64,000 bases of DNA, taken from IMG/VR virus record IMGVR_UViG_3300030060_007958, positions 15,607-79,606 of that record; one strand, 5' to 3'. Below, piece after piece: positions 22,001 to 31,631 of the stretch. Positions within the stretch are counted from its first letter, which is position 1. Every line of letters starts with the position of its first letter. This DNA is from a virus. Below the pieces are notes generated by a model. The model was not told the origin of the DNA, did not search any database, and worked only from the letters and a program-made list of their open reading frames with translations. A program made the translations under genes and the position numbers.

Positions 22001-25000
22001 AATCCAGAAGTCGTAGGTGCAGATAACACTGTAAAAGTATTGAGTGAGGCAGAGGAACAGCTTTTTAATAGGCAAACTAGGCCAACTACATTTACTTTTA
22101 TGGCCGAAAAGAGCATGTATGCCGCCATCAGCGACGAAATATTGAATTATTTCTCGACAATACTTGATTTTAACAATCTTATTGGAGATCCTGTAAATAA
22201 ATATCGACAAGAATACAAGGCCCTTGGTAAATTAAGATCTTTATTCTTTGAAAACGTACAAAACGAGCCAGATGTTGAGAGATACATTGAATATTACAAG
22301 TGGATTGATGATTCTCTTGGATATATGTTAATGGAGCTATTCCCAGCATCGGCAGATAAGCAGGAAGGCTTAAGAAATATGATAGAAAGCCATATTCTTG
22401 AGAGAAATAAATATTGGAATAAATATCCCACAGTTGATTTAAAGCAAGATATACCAACAGCAGGTATAAGAGGCATTAATGAATTGACGTATAATTGGGA
22501 AGAAGGACACGCTCCAGTAAGTTTATTACAAAATGAGAACTGTTTTTGGTGGAAAAATCGCGCAGAAAGAGATTCGGGCCCTCTTTCTTCCGGAATAAGT
22601 GGCGTAGACACAGCAAGACAAACAATTTTGTCTGTTGCGCTCTCTGCTTTGAACAGAAGTTACTCCAATCCGCTAAAATATACAGTAAAAAGGGAACAAA
22701 TAATATCATCCGGCGTAAATATTGACAACAATATTAAAGAAAACGTCAAAAAATCAGTAATATTTGGAAATAGTGATGGATTATTAATACCTTCGGCAGA
22801 TGTGGAGGGGCTTAAAGACTGTTCCGACGACCTAGAGCTTCAAAATAAAAGAAAAGTACCCTTCAAGCTTGAAAATCAATTAGATCTGGACGATTATATG
22901 ACAGGAAAGGGAGATTTACTCTCTCCTTTTGTTGCAGTCTCATCTTCTGTCCAGCAAGGGTACCAAAAGCTAATAAATGACAATTTTAAGGAAGGATTCG
23001 GAATAACAAATTTGCACAATGACTCATATGTTGAGAATAACGTGCCACTACAGGGCCCATTTACAGAAAAATTTGTTGGAGGAAATCAAAATAGGCATAT
23101 TAAACTAAATCAGGGTTCTGACACGGCTGAAAACCGGCCAGAAGCATGGAAAATGGAGGTAAATGCATCTCCAAACACCCTAAAATTCATCCACCAGCCT
23201 ATAAATCAGCCACGAGCCATGCTATATCGAGGCTTAGTTGCAAAAAGCCCACTAAATATTGCCAATATTAAAACCGACACTGGTACTCACGGAGTTGGCA
23301 ATTACAGTAAGATTTATGAAGTGGTGCAAACAGTAGGAAGGACAATAAATAACTCTTCATTTACGAAAGCGGGTGGCTATTCTCCCGATGAAATTCCATC
23401 TACATACGTCGCCGGCATGGAAGATTATGCAAAACCACAAAGAGGACGCAGCGCACACGTATTTGTTAATAGATTTTCTTGTCCCGGAGACCCAAATACC
23501 ATGGGCGACTCCAATGGAGGCCCCGGATTAGACATTGCAGCCGCCGAATATTCTCTTTATAATGATATAAACTACAGAAACTGGACAGTTAGGGAGCCAC
23601 AAAGGTGGCTTTATGCATCTCATGTTAATCAGTTTGGTTTTTATTCTGATTCTTTCGCAAAAGGCAATGGACCTTCAGAAGTAAATTCATTAAATTACAA
23701 CGGTACTGCAAGTATATATCAAGTCAACAGAAACACTATTCATCAAATGAAGGATTCTGGATCAACTACAGTAACAGCTTCTGTTTATGACAACTATTAT
23801 GTGCAGCACCCGATACCAAGAACCGATTTACAATATTCTTGGCTGACTGCATCTGTTTTGTCTTATGACGCTTTTGGTTACCTACCATATGATGGAGAGG
23901 AATCTTTGGTAACATTTTCCTCCGCTAGTGATTTTAGATCAAGAAGTAGATTTAGACCAACAGCTGCAGACTTTAAAGATATAAAATTTGGCAGAGACGT
24001 GACAAAAATGGGAGGGCCTTTCGCGGCAAGTAGTTTTTATTTCACGTTTTTACCAACAGCTTACAATTGGTTAAATTTAAATACTCGCGAGCCACTAGAA
24101 TATATCAGTTCATCATTAGGATTCTCAGAAAACGACACCGATGTCGAGAGTTATTTGAATAGTAAATTAATTGTGGATGGATTGAATGATGACGGAAAAG
24201 CATCCCTCCTTAACTCTATATTATTAAAAAGGAATGGTCCCTATCAACACCCAACGTGGAAGCAAATAAGAGGATATGAAAGCCCGCTGGTTAAGAAATG
24301 GAATTATTCAAATCAAACCGCGTACAATCCGTTTGATAAGAAGATAGAAATATCTTCGCTAAAAGTACCAAGCAAATTAGATGAAAAATTATCCCCATCT
24401 CCATCAAGTATTAGAAAAGTAAAGAGTGATCCTCCCGTGATATCAAAATACGGACCATCGCAAACACAATTGATTTCAATTGTTGGTGATATATCTTCTT
24501 CTATTAAATTAAATAACACCTTTGGAAATGAAGTAACATTATTCGCAAATAGAGAAATATCATCAGATTTAAATATACTTTCACAGAATGACGAATTTCT
24601 TGAAAATGAATCAGCTCATGCAGCAGTAGTCGGATTATATGCAGATGGTGCCCTAGATGACAACAATAATCCAATAAAATCTATAAAATACTATGCATCT
24701 AATGAGCAAATTTATCCTAGCTCTATAAACATGTATTCTAGAATTAATAGAGAAAGAGTTGGGTACAAAAACACATTTTGGAAAAATTCAAGAACAGAAA
24801 GATCAGAACTTGGCACTGAAAAATTTGGTGGAACAAACTCCCAAGGATATTCTGTTTCACAATCCGCTTGGGCGTTAGACACTTCAGAGCAATTTGGTAC
24901 TTCTGTCTCCACTTTCGTTGCTTCTGCATCAAACGATGGTAAGGCAGGAGAACTTCAGAACGATTATACTTTCGCCTACAGATTGATCGGGTCAGATTCG

Positions 25001-28000
25001 GGAAGTAGAGCCGACCTCAAGCCGGGACCTATATATAGTAGGAAATTTACTTTAGGACCATGCTTGGCAGCGGTGGATCCATTCGCGACCTATTCTTGGG
25101 TCGCCGGAACGAAAATATCCATCGGCGGCGGCTATTTTATTTATCCAGTTAAATCAACATTATCAGCATATACAACTTATTTATCAACTGAAGAACAACC
25201 CGGAACCACATCTTGGCCCGGTGGATTAAATAATACTCTTGGCCACCTATCTATTTTCGGCGGCAATGCACAATTTCAAGCTCACGAGCAAGCTGGCTAC
25301 GTCGACACTGATGGCACCTTTATATCATCTCCATCTAATCCATTTTATGATAAGTACGAACTTTACAATCAGATCATGAGAGTAAAAAATAAGGACATGT
25401 CTATAATACCAGAATATCGCATTAGTGATAACGTCGAAAAATATTTAAACAGTAGTGATGGATTTCAAACTAAAAATACGTCCTCTTATTCAATATTTGG
25501 CATCAATAATAGTAATACGGAAACCGTAAATTACACTAAGAATGATGGAAGTACATCAACATATACAATACAAACATCTAGGGAAGCCCCTCAAAATAGT
25601 TCGAACGGTGAATTTTATAAAACTTACTCACACTCTGATTTTATAGAATATTTTGATATTGTGTCAGAAAAACACGACAAATTTGAAGATATGCCAAAAA
25701 ATTTAACTCTTAAATGTAGTGCATTGAAAAAGTTCATAGCTTATGATGGGTTTTACCCCGCAGAAAGAACTTTAGAAATTGGAAAGGCGTTCAAGGAAGT
25801 TTATAATGATTCTATTGAGGGGGGTGCTACAACCGGCTCATCAGCCTCTGACGAATTAAAGATGAGGCCCATTTTAACACCCCTATTTTCTCCGGGTATT
25901 TTATACAATACTATTAAATCAGGAATCGCAGTAGATTATCCAATATATACCAGCTCTTATGAAGTTGTCAGGTATGAAGATAACTCTAGTGGTATAACAG
26001 ATTATTATGCAATCGGTACAGCTAGTAATGATATAGGCCAGTGGCACCACAGAGTTCAGTTCGAGGATATATTAAATCCTTCTAATTTGAAGGATATATC
26101 ATTTTTTGATATGGAACCTCACCCATCATGTTCTTTAGGGTCGCCACGAAATGTTTCGCAAATCAGTGTCGGCCCGAAAAAAGAAAATAAATATAATCTT
26201 TCTATTAATAATTTTTTAGCCTCGACAGTCGATTTCTTTTTGGAAGATTCCGAATTGACAAAAATATCAAGCTTGCAGCAGTCTCAATTCAAGTCTGTTA
26301 ATTCTGGATCCTACTATGGCCTTAGAATAAAAATGAGAAGAAGCGCGAGGGGTCAAAAAAGAGAAGATTCTGATTGGCCAACTCCACAAGAATATTTTTC
26401 AAATGCAAGCACAACTGCGTGGAAATTAAAAATCGTGCCCCTTGCCTCTCAAGCAACAATTGTAGATGAAGACTATAGAATGTTCACTACTAATATGTAC
26501 TCTAGGCCATCTTCATTCGGACCTCCAATGGCGGGCTCTGGAAGTTTTGAAGTCTCCTCAAATGATAGAAATTTTTCATACGCGGCACTTTCTTCTTCGA
26601 ATCCGGCGGTCGAAACAACAATTTCCAAGCCACAAAATTGGATTTACGACGGCTTATATGGTTTCAATGTCTCGCACACTCCTCCTTATTATAACGGAGA
26701 AGCTTGGGTAGATATTATTTATAAGCCTACAACTAGTGGCCAGCCAACAATAGATGATATTGAGGCAAATTCAGAAATAGTTTGTTGGAGAATCGACGGA
26801 TATGATTCAGATACTTGGCCATCTGGAGACATCGGCGCATCTTCTTATCCAATGCACAGCGCAAGTGTTAATAATTATGCAATGCAATTAACTTCATCAA
26901 TTAATATATTTAACAGATTGTTTATTGAATCTGATGAAAAGCCTTCCGAAAATAGTCCTGCTTGGTCAGTCCAAACAAAATTTGAAACCCCAGTTTTAAA
27001 CTTCGGCCCTTTTGGAAAAGCAGATTATTCAGATAATATTGGAGAATCTACTAAAATATGGGATAACGTAACATTACCATATAAAGACAGTACCCCGTGG
27101 AGTGGTTCATCTGGACAGACAACGACACCAATGGGAATGTGGCACCAGTTTGGTACCATTCCTGACGAATTGGAAAATCAAGGAATCTTTTTAGAAGTTG
27201 AGGATATTCCATCAACTTGGCTAAACACCCGCGCCGCACAGGGAGATATCGCTGAAAAATATAATACCGGTCGTGTGTTTCCCTTATCAAATATCGTTGG
27301 CTTCAATAAAGTCAATAATTCAAAAAACATTGGCCGTTTGGCAAAAACAAAAACAATCTCCGAAGCTGTCGTTGCAGTGCCATTCTATATTGGTTTAAAA
27401 AGCGACACTATTACTGATGTAAATAATAAAACAAAGCAGTATTTTAAGTTAAGCTCGACAAAAGGAGATATTGAAAATGAATTGTCGGAGATGAGAGCCT
27501 TTACAAATAATTTGGAAGACATGAAGCCGGAATTCATCTTTGGAGAAGATCAGCCTGCATTAAAAGAAAATTTCTTAAAAATAAGAGACAAATATGTTTT
27601 CCCGCCAGAGTTCGATTATTTTAGAAACCCAACAACATCACCAGTAGCTATGTATATTTTTGAATTCCAGCATTCGTTCGATAGAGATGATCTTTCATAC
27701 ATCTGGCAAAATATAGCTCCAAAATTTGGAAAAGAAAAAGAAATTGCAAATTATTTTGGAGATATAGAAGATAATACTTCAATACAGGAGGCTGTTGTTA
27801 GTCATCAATTATTCACCGAAGGTAAACAAAATCTTGACGATATTCGAGGCCCAAATGGTGAAAAGGTACAATGGATGGTTTTCAAGGTCAAACAAAGGGC
27901 AAAAGCATCTTATAACAAACTGCTTTTAGCAAATAGCGCAGAAAAAACAAAAGTTTCTGAAAATACAATTAACTATAACTGGCCATATGATTATTTCTCT

Positions 28001-28153
28001 ATGATAGAATTTGCGAAAATAGATTCGAAAATCTCTTATGGCGAAGATCCCAACTTGATTTCAAATACGGGACTATATAAGACTGAAAATGTTGAAGCTG
28101 TTAAATCATACACAGAGGCCATATCACTGGCCAATACCGGAGATGAAGACTAA
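19028..28153 (+). CDS. Giant baseplate protein (3041 aa), gp7-like, with LamG-like domains
   Basis: TVEFWLKK and GSIDEFRFWK (LamG); NIYNN...KSKGT..AFRNLIRCYG resembles the gp7/P2 gpI wedge motif; ATGA overlap with the upstream stop. Confidence 0.65.
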   Translation: MSIKDLFSQNRNYKIFSDSDSVIRKDAESIDNVAETKKNQSLFIPTVDFSLASNFVNYGSAELYYSDAITRIYEDYPYDGSSKEREEFLNKSTYLDLWLLDNKYPRTNGFITISATGWGSLSTAPDATTAYYGNPSDKEYISLFGGPHTASDGMINKKLSSTFDDSNKYDTDIYNSEGFVGTGTRESNLKTNFDNGVTVEFWLKKESFDNSKTQKEVIFDLWNNTTSSAASYGRLLLQLTGTAGTSPFILTIQSGTSAPYEEASFGSSLTTASLETFGHYAFRVYKGTDMPPELKVDMYKDGNLIESKAVPSAISEITGALQANIGSLTSPAVSSSAEYANLGWGKLSGSIDEFRFWKTKRTAEEIGRNWFTQVYGGSNTDVANTDLGVYYKFNEGITGNDSLDSTVLDYSGRITNGQWTGYNTSARSTESAMVISNAATSEFKDPIIYQSHPDVVSLIAEMQTSGSNYDANNHSSIMNKYPIWIIDEDHATGGDLKRMTQIVSSFLDTLHLQIQELNKLKDIGYTDSANKNLPFSNRLLLDYGFVAPEIFADADLLNTIMSRGETKDFKETLPEIKNTIYKNIYNNIVSIFKSKGTHKAFRNLIRCYGIDDKIVRVNSYANNLTYDLKENKRYSTIKRKFIDFYRADNFYGTIYQQTSSANPLSTSFISASQSSLEDYISFTLESEIITPKKRKRNSRDFYATPFVTSSIFGFHTAIPATPADLTWASTDYDIQAYAILPPDNGNNKAGYFLLTSSYYGIEKKTSLIENLYDNKKWNLSLTLTPSKKDANLVSGSSITDYDIKLYGINTYSDVEQTEFTLTDTITTSGEKLLTEPKRIYAGAHRQNFTGSVIHGSDIKLSSVRYWVNALEDSVIKNHSENSDNFGSRHPLRNVHNFVTSIGNVEIPQIDTLALHWAFNQITSSDAGSGIPSVDDAGFDLLDMSSGSSDIQSRYSWLGNVVGTPHTGRGDLFYPNDTRIVNSEFIPVAIQENPEVVGADNTVKVLSEAEEQLFNRQTRPTTFTFMAEKSMYAAISDEILNYFSTILDFNNLIGDPVNKYRQEYKALGKLRSLFFENVQNEPDVERYIEYYKWIDDSLGYMLMELFPASADKQEGLRNMIESHILERNKYWNKYPTVDLKQDIPTAGIRGINELTYNWEEGHAPVSLLQNENCFWWKNRAERDSGPLSSGISGVDTARQTILSVALSALNRSYSNPLKYTVKREQIISSGVNIDNNIKENVKKSVIFGNSDGLLIPSADVEGLKDCSDDLELQNKRKVPFKLENQLDLDDYMTGKGDLLSPFVAVSSSVQQGYQKLINDNFKEGFGITNLHNDSYVENNVPLQGPFTEKFVGGNQNRHIKLNQGSDTAENRPEAWKMEVNASPNTLKFIHQPINQPRAMLYRGLVAKSPLNIANIKTDTGTHGVGNYSKIYEVVQTVGRTINNSSFTKAGGYSPDEIPSTYVAGMEDYAKPQRGRSAHVFVNRFSCPGDPNTMGDSNGGPGLDIAAAEYSLYNDINYRNWTVREPQRWLYASHVNQFGFYSDSFAKGNGPSEVNSLNYNGTASIYQVNRNTIHQMKDSGSTTVTASVYDNYYVQHPIPRTDLQYSWLTASVLSYDAFGYLPYDGEESLVTFSSASDFRSRSRFRPTAADFKDIKFGRDVTKMGGPFAASSFYFTFLPTAYNWLNLNTREPLEYISSSLGFSENDTDVESYLNSKLIVDGLNDDGKASLLNSILLKRNGPYQHPTWKQIRGYESPLVKKWNYSNQTAYNPFDKKIEISSLKVPSKLDEKLSPSPSSIRKVKSDPPVISKYGPSQTQLISIVGDISSSIKLNNTFGNEVTLFANREISSDLNILSQNDEFLENESAHAAVVGLYADGALDDNNNPIKSIKYYASNEQIYPSSINMYSRINRERVGYKNTFWKNSRTERSELGTEKFGGTNSQGYSVSQSAWALDTSEQFGTSVSTFVASASNDGKAGELQNDYTFAYRLIGSDSGSRADLKPGPIYSRKFTLGPCLAAVDPFATYSWVAGTKISIGGGYFIYPVKSTLSAYTTYLSTEEQPGTTSWPGGLNNTLGHLSIFGGNAQFQAHEQAGYVDTDGTFISSPSNPFYDKYELYNQIMRVKNKDMSIIPEYRISDNVEKYLNSSDGFQTKNTSSYSIFGINNSNTETVNYTKNDGSTSTYTIQTSREAPQNSSNGEFYKTYSHSDFIEYFDIVSEKHDKFEDMPKNLTLKCSALKKFIAYDGFYPAERTLEIGKAFKEVYNDSIEGGATTGSSASDELKMRPILTPLFSPGILYNTIKSGIAVDYPIYTSSYEVVRYEDNSSGITDYYAIGTASNDIGQWHHRVQFEDILNPSNLKDISFFDMEPHPSCSLGSPRNVSQISVGPKKENKYNLSINNFLASTVDFFLEDSELTKISSLQQSQFKSVNSGSYYGLRIKMRRSARGQKREDSDWPTPQEYFSNASTTAWKLKIVPLASQATIVDEDYRMFTTNMYSRPSSFGPPMAGSGSFEVSSNDRNFSYAALSSSNPAVETTISKPQNWIYDGLYGFNVSHTPPYYNGEAWVDIIYKPTTSGQPTIDDIEANSEIVCWRIDGYDSDTWPSGDIGASSYPMHSASVNNYAMQLTSSINIFNRLFIESDEKPSENSPAWSVQTKFETPVLNFGPFGKADYSDNIGESTKIWDNVTLPYKDSTPWSGSSGQTTTPMGMWHQFGTIPDELENQGIFLEVEDIPSTWLNTRAAQGDIAEKYNTGRVFPLSNIVGFNKVNNSKNIGRLAKTKTISEAVVAVPFYIGLKSDTITDVNNKTKQYFKLSSTKGDIENELSEMRAFTNNLEDMKPEFIFGEDQPALKENFLKIRDKYVFPPEFDYFRNPTTSPVAMYIFEFQHSFDRDDLSYIWQNIAPKFGKEKEIANYFGDIEDNTSIQEAVVSHQLFTEGKQNLDDIRGPNGEKVQWMVFKVKQRAKASYNKLLLANSAEKTKVSENTINYNWPYDYFSMIEFAKIDSKISYGEDPNLISNTGLYKTENVEAVKSYTEAISLANTGDED

Positions 28154-28154
28154 A

Positions 28155-29189
28155 ATGAAATTTATGGACAAAAAAGAACAAGTGCTGGATATTAAGCTAA
28201 CACCATATGGAAAGCACATGTTGGCTAAAGGAATAATGAAGCCCGTATATTATGCATTTTTTGATGATAATGTTCTTTATAACTCTGAGATGGCCGGAAT
28301 TCAAGAATTACAAAGTGACGCTAAAAATAGAATTAGAAAAGATACACCGCAGCTAGAAACTCAAAGTAAATTTACTAGTGATGTTAAAAAATTGGAAGAA
28401 ATTAATTTTGGAGAAGGAGACAGTATATCTCCAACGGCAGCAATAAATAAAGCAGCACTATCTTATCCTCTCTCTAATGGAGAGATTGGTTCCCAAAAAA
28501 TGCCATCGATAACATTGCAGATGTGGTCCGGAAATATAGATTCCTATAATGTTAGCTCATATGAGACTTCAGTTGGAAACAAATCAATTGACCAGATCAA
28601 TACAAAAATAACATTTAAAAATTCTGTTAAAAAAGTCGATTTAGAGTTCGAGGAGAAGTTGGCAATGGACACAATACAATTTCTTGAAGAAGCCATATCT
28701 CCTTCTACAAAAATAATACAAGGCCCAGCCGCCAACAGCGGAGAATATTTAGAAATAAAAACAGACTATATATTAGCCGATATATTTGAAAAAAATATAG
28801 ATTTTGATTTTGAGAATTTTGATGTAGAAGTATTTAGAGTCGTAGAGACCCCAACAGCATTTGGGTTTCCAAATAATGAATATTTAATGCCTTTAGTTTT
28901 CGCTATGAAAGAAAAAAATAATAACATCATAAATAATATTTTAATCGATGAACAAGAAGATTTTCAAGATATAATCCTTAATCCAAATAACGTTGAATAT
29001 TACTTTCATATATATTGCGATTCAGATATAGATGAAGAAATATTAGAAGAAAATGTATCAGAACTTAAGTCTAGGGGCTTTTTCACTGGCGAAGTATATA
29101 AGAATACAAATTTACCAAAAGTGGTGGAAGAAATATCTGATATATATGGAACTAACATCACCTCTGCCGACATAAAGGAGTGTGATTGA
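28155..29189 (+). CDS. Virion structural protein; N-terminus paralogous to 34055..34948
   Basis: LDIKLTPYGKHMLAKG..KPVYYAFFDDNVLY versus LDAVLTDAGRKRLAKG..KIVKFALGDDEINY. Confidence 0.6.
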   Translation: MKFMDKKEQVLDIKLTPYGKHMLAKGIMKPVYYAFFDDNVLYNSEMAGIQELQSDAKNRIRKDTPQLETQSKFTSDVKKLEEINFGEGDSISPTAAINKAALSYPLSNGEIGSQKMPSITLQMWSGNIDSYNVSSYETSVGNKSIDQINTKITFKNSVKKVDLEFEEKLAMDTIQFLEEAISPSTKIIQGPAANSGEYLEIKTDYILADIFEKNIDFDFENFDVEVFRVVETPTAFGFPNNEYLMPLVFAMKEKNNNIINNILIDEQEDFQDIILNPNNVEYYFHIYCDSDIDEEILEENVSELKSRGFFTGEVYKNTNLPKVVEEISDIYGTNITSADIKECD

Positions 29190-31615
29190 TGACCTCGCCA
29201 TTTAAATTAGAAAGTGTGTCCATATCAGAACACCCCACAGAAGACTCATCTGTTGTAGGATATACAGCAGAAGTTCACTTGTCTATAACAACTACAGCAC
29301 CCCTGATAGTGCCTGCAGGCCAAAGAAGGGTTCCCAAAATTAATCTGGGAGAAGACTCAATATATTATGTTGCATTGATATATTCTAAAGAAAAGAAGTC
29401 TAAAGTATTCTCTCTTGAACAATCACCAAACACTGTTGTGGATATTTTGCCTCTTTCTCAAATAATTTATAACCAAGACGGAACCTTGTCAGAGGACATA
29501 ATATCTGGGACACGTACTGGCGCAAATATTCCCATAAAATATAATTTTTTCTTCAAAAAGAATCTTGATGGACTCTATGGAGACACGTCGCCAGAAAATC
29601 TTAAAGTTGTGGCAGCACCATTTACGAGAAAAGAGGCTAAAAGACCTTCGTTCTTGCCCAAAGTGGAAAGCATCAATATCAAGCGCGGCCTTATAATTGA
29701 AGGCACTAAGGATTTAAGAAAAAAATACTATGAAAATCTTTTTGATATAAGCATGGCAGGTAAATCATCCTCTCCGCCCACATTTACAGACCTTTATACA
29801 TCATATGAGCAGGTCGACGGCGCACCAAAAACAAAATCAATGTTTGGCTTAGATAAAGGCTCGATTTTATCAAGAAGGAGCAACTTATCTTTCTTAATGA
29901 ACAGAAAAGGTATCCGGACCCGTAGGGGAGAAGTTTATAGGCGTTCAAATATAGAATCTTTAATCATTAAAAAACAAAAATTGAAAGATAATAAAATAGA
30001 TTTAAATGCAATCAAAACAACCGTAGTATCTTCAAACGAAACAAACGGTATATTAAACTCAAACAATAGGCTGCAAGCCGGAAACGAGGTAGCAAAAATA
30101 GAACAACTTGCCCCAACGATAGATCTAAACAATGGAACATACTATAAATTTATAATGTTTGAAGATTTAGAATTGGGTAACGATGGAATATATAAGTATT
30201 CTATAGATATTTCTATGAAAGATGGTATTCGAGATCTTTTGCTTTTGTTCTTAGATAGGCTAGTAAAAGATATAAGCAAAATTGATATATATTACAAAGA
30301 AAAATATGTTCTCGGAAATTCAACAGCGACTCCAATCGATGAAGCAAATAGTATAGCCACCTTGGTATCTCAATTAAATGACGAGGCTTATGATTTGGGA
30401 GCTGATTTTAAGGATAATGTATTAAATCTTTTAAACTATGAAGAAAGTACGCTGAATCTGCTTATTTTTTCTAAAACTTTAGCCAAAAATTTAACAAGTA
30501 TGCTGGCACCCCCTGTGATTTCCTTTGAAAAGTCTAAAAATTATACAAAAACGAATAGCGAAAGATCAATAATTTATGAAAATTTTGATTTCCAATCAAA
30601 TATTGATGTTTTGGAGGCAAAAAATATAAATTATGATTATCTAGGTGAATTAGATCCGAACAAAAATGTGGGGATTAATATTTTAACCGGAGAAGATCTA
30701 GCAAATAGGTTCTCTTTTGATTTCGCCAGATTGATAGATACTTCGGAATTCGAAATTATGGGTTATGACTTTGATCAATTGGAGCAGGATTTGATATTAG
30801 GCACTTTTGGCAAGTCAGTTGGAAAAACATATGGCGGATATTTTAACTTAAAAGAAAATTTCTGCTCTTATTTGGCACCTATTAAAATTCACGATAACGA
30901 AATAAACTTAACAAACTCTTTTGATCCGGAAGTTTTTAATAATATTCACTTTATAGAGGAAAGTGGCGGAGATCTTGACCCTCTGACATCTTTGGGATAT
31001 ATAATGTCAGATAATGGGATATCTATCAGTGGTCAATTTTATAATGCTGCAGATTCTGGAATAAAAGTATCCAATTCTTCTTCCCCCTCTACTCCAAAAT
31101 ATAAAAACTTTGACGGCACAATAGACATTAGAAAGAATTTTATACCCATGGCTAATTCTATATTGAAAAAAGAAGAAGAATGGTCTCTATCCTTGGAGGA
31201 TTATACATATTTATCTATACAGCAGGATTTTTATAAAGGAATGCCCAATCATTATAGAGTATTATATGGCGGCGTTGGAGCAACAGCCCTAAAAAATAAT
31301 TGGAGAGCCTCCACAGTTGATTTTGTATCTAATCCAAACACATATTATATGATAAAGCAAAACTATACAAACCTTGTTTCAGTAAGAGTCGTAGAGCTTG
31401 ACAAAAAAGCATCTTTTTCTACAGCTTCTGGACCCAGATTATTAACCTTGGATGATTTAAGTGGTACAAAATCATTATTATGTTATTTAGAGACGTATAA
31501 TAACCCAAATTCAGATAAGGCAGGCGTTTTTTATAAAAGAAATTACAAAAACAAATTTTTTATTATTAAACCCACTAAAGATTTAGATCTAGAAACCATT
31601 CTAGACAATACTTAA
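29189..31615 (+). CDS. Hypothetical protein, probable virion component
   Basis: SD aaggag; TGATG overlap with the upstream gene; structural module. Confidence 0.55.
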   Translation: MTSPFKLESVSISEHPTEDSSVVGYTAEVHLSITTTAPLIVPAGQRRVPKINLGEDSIYYVALIYSKEKKSKVFSLEQSPNTVVDILPLSQIIYNQDGTLSEDIISGTRTGANIPIKYNFFFKKNLDGLYGDTSPENLKVVAAPFTRKEAKRPSFLPKVESINIKRGLIIEGTKDLRKKYYENLFDISMAGKSSSPPTFTDLYTSYEQVDGAPKTKSMFGLDKGSILSRRSNLSFLMNRKGIRTRRGEVYRRSNIESLIIKKQKLKDNKIDLNAIKTTVVSSNETNGILNSNNRLQAGNEVAKIEQLAPTIDLNNGTYYKFIMFEDLELGNDGIYKYSIDISMKDGIRDLLLLFLDRLVKDISKIDIYYKEKYVLGNSTATPIDEANSIATLVSQLNDEAYDLGADFKDNVLNLLNYEESTLNLLIFSKTLAKNLTSMLAPPVISFEKSKNYTKTNSERSIIYENFDFQSNIDVLEAKNINYDYLGELDPNKNVGINILTGEDLANRFSFDFARLIDTSEFEIMGYDFDQLEQDLILGTFGKSVGKTYGGYFNLKENFCSYLAPIKIHDNEINLTNSFDPEVFNNIHFIEESGGDLDPLTSLGYIMSDNGISISGQFYNAADSGIKVSNSSSPSTPKYKNFDGTIDIRKNFIPMANSILKKEEEWSLSLEDYTYLSIQQDFYKGMPNHYRVLYGGVGATALKNNWRASTVDFVSNPNTYYMIKQNYTNLVSVRVVELDKKASFSTASGPRLLTLDDLSGTKSLLCYLETYNNPNSDKAGVFYKRNYKNKFFIIKPTKDLDLETILDNT

Positions 31616-31631
31616 AATATAAGGCAAGAAA

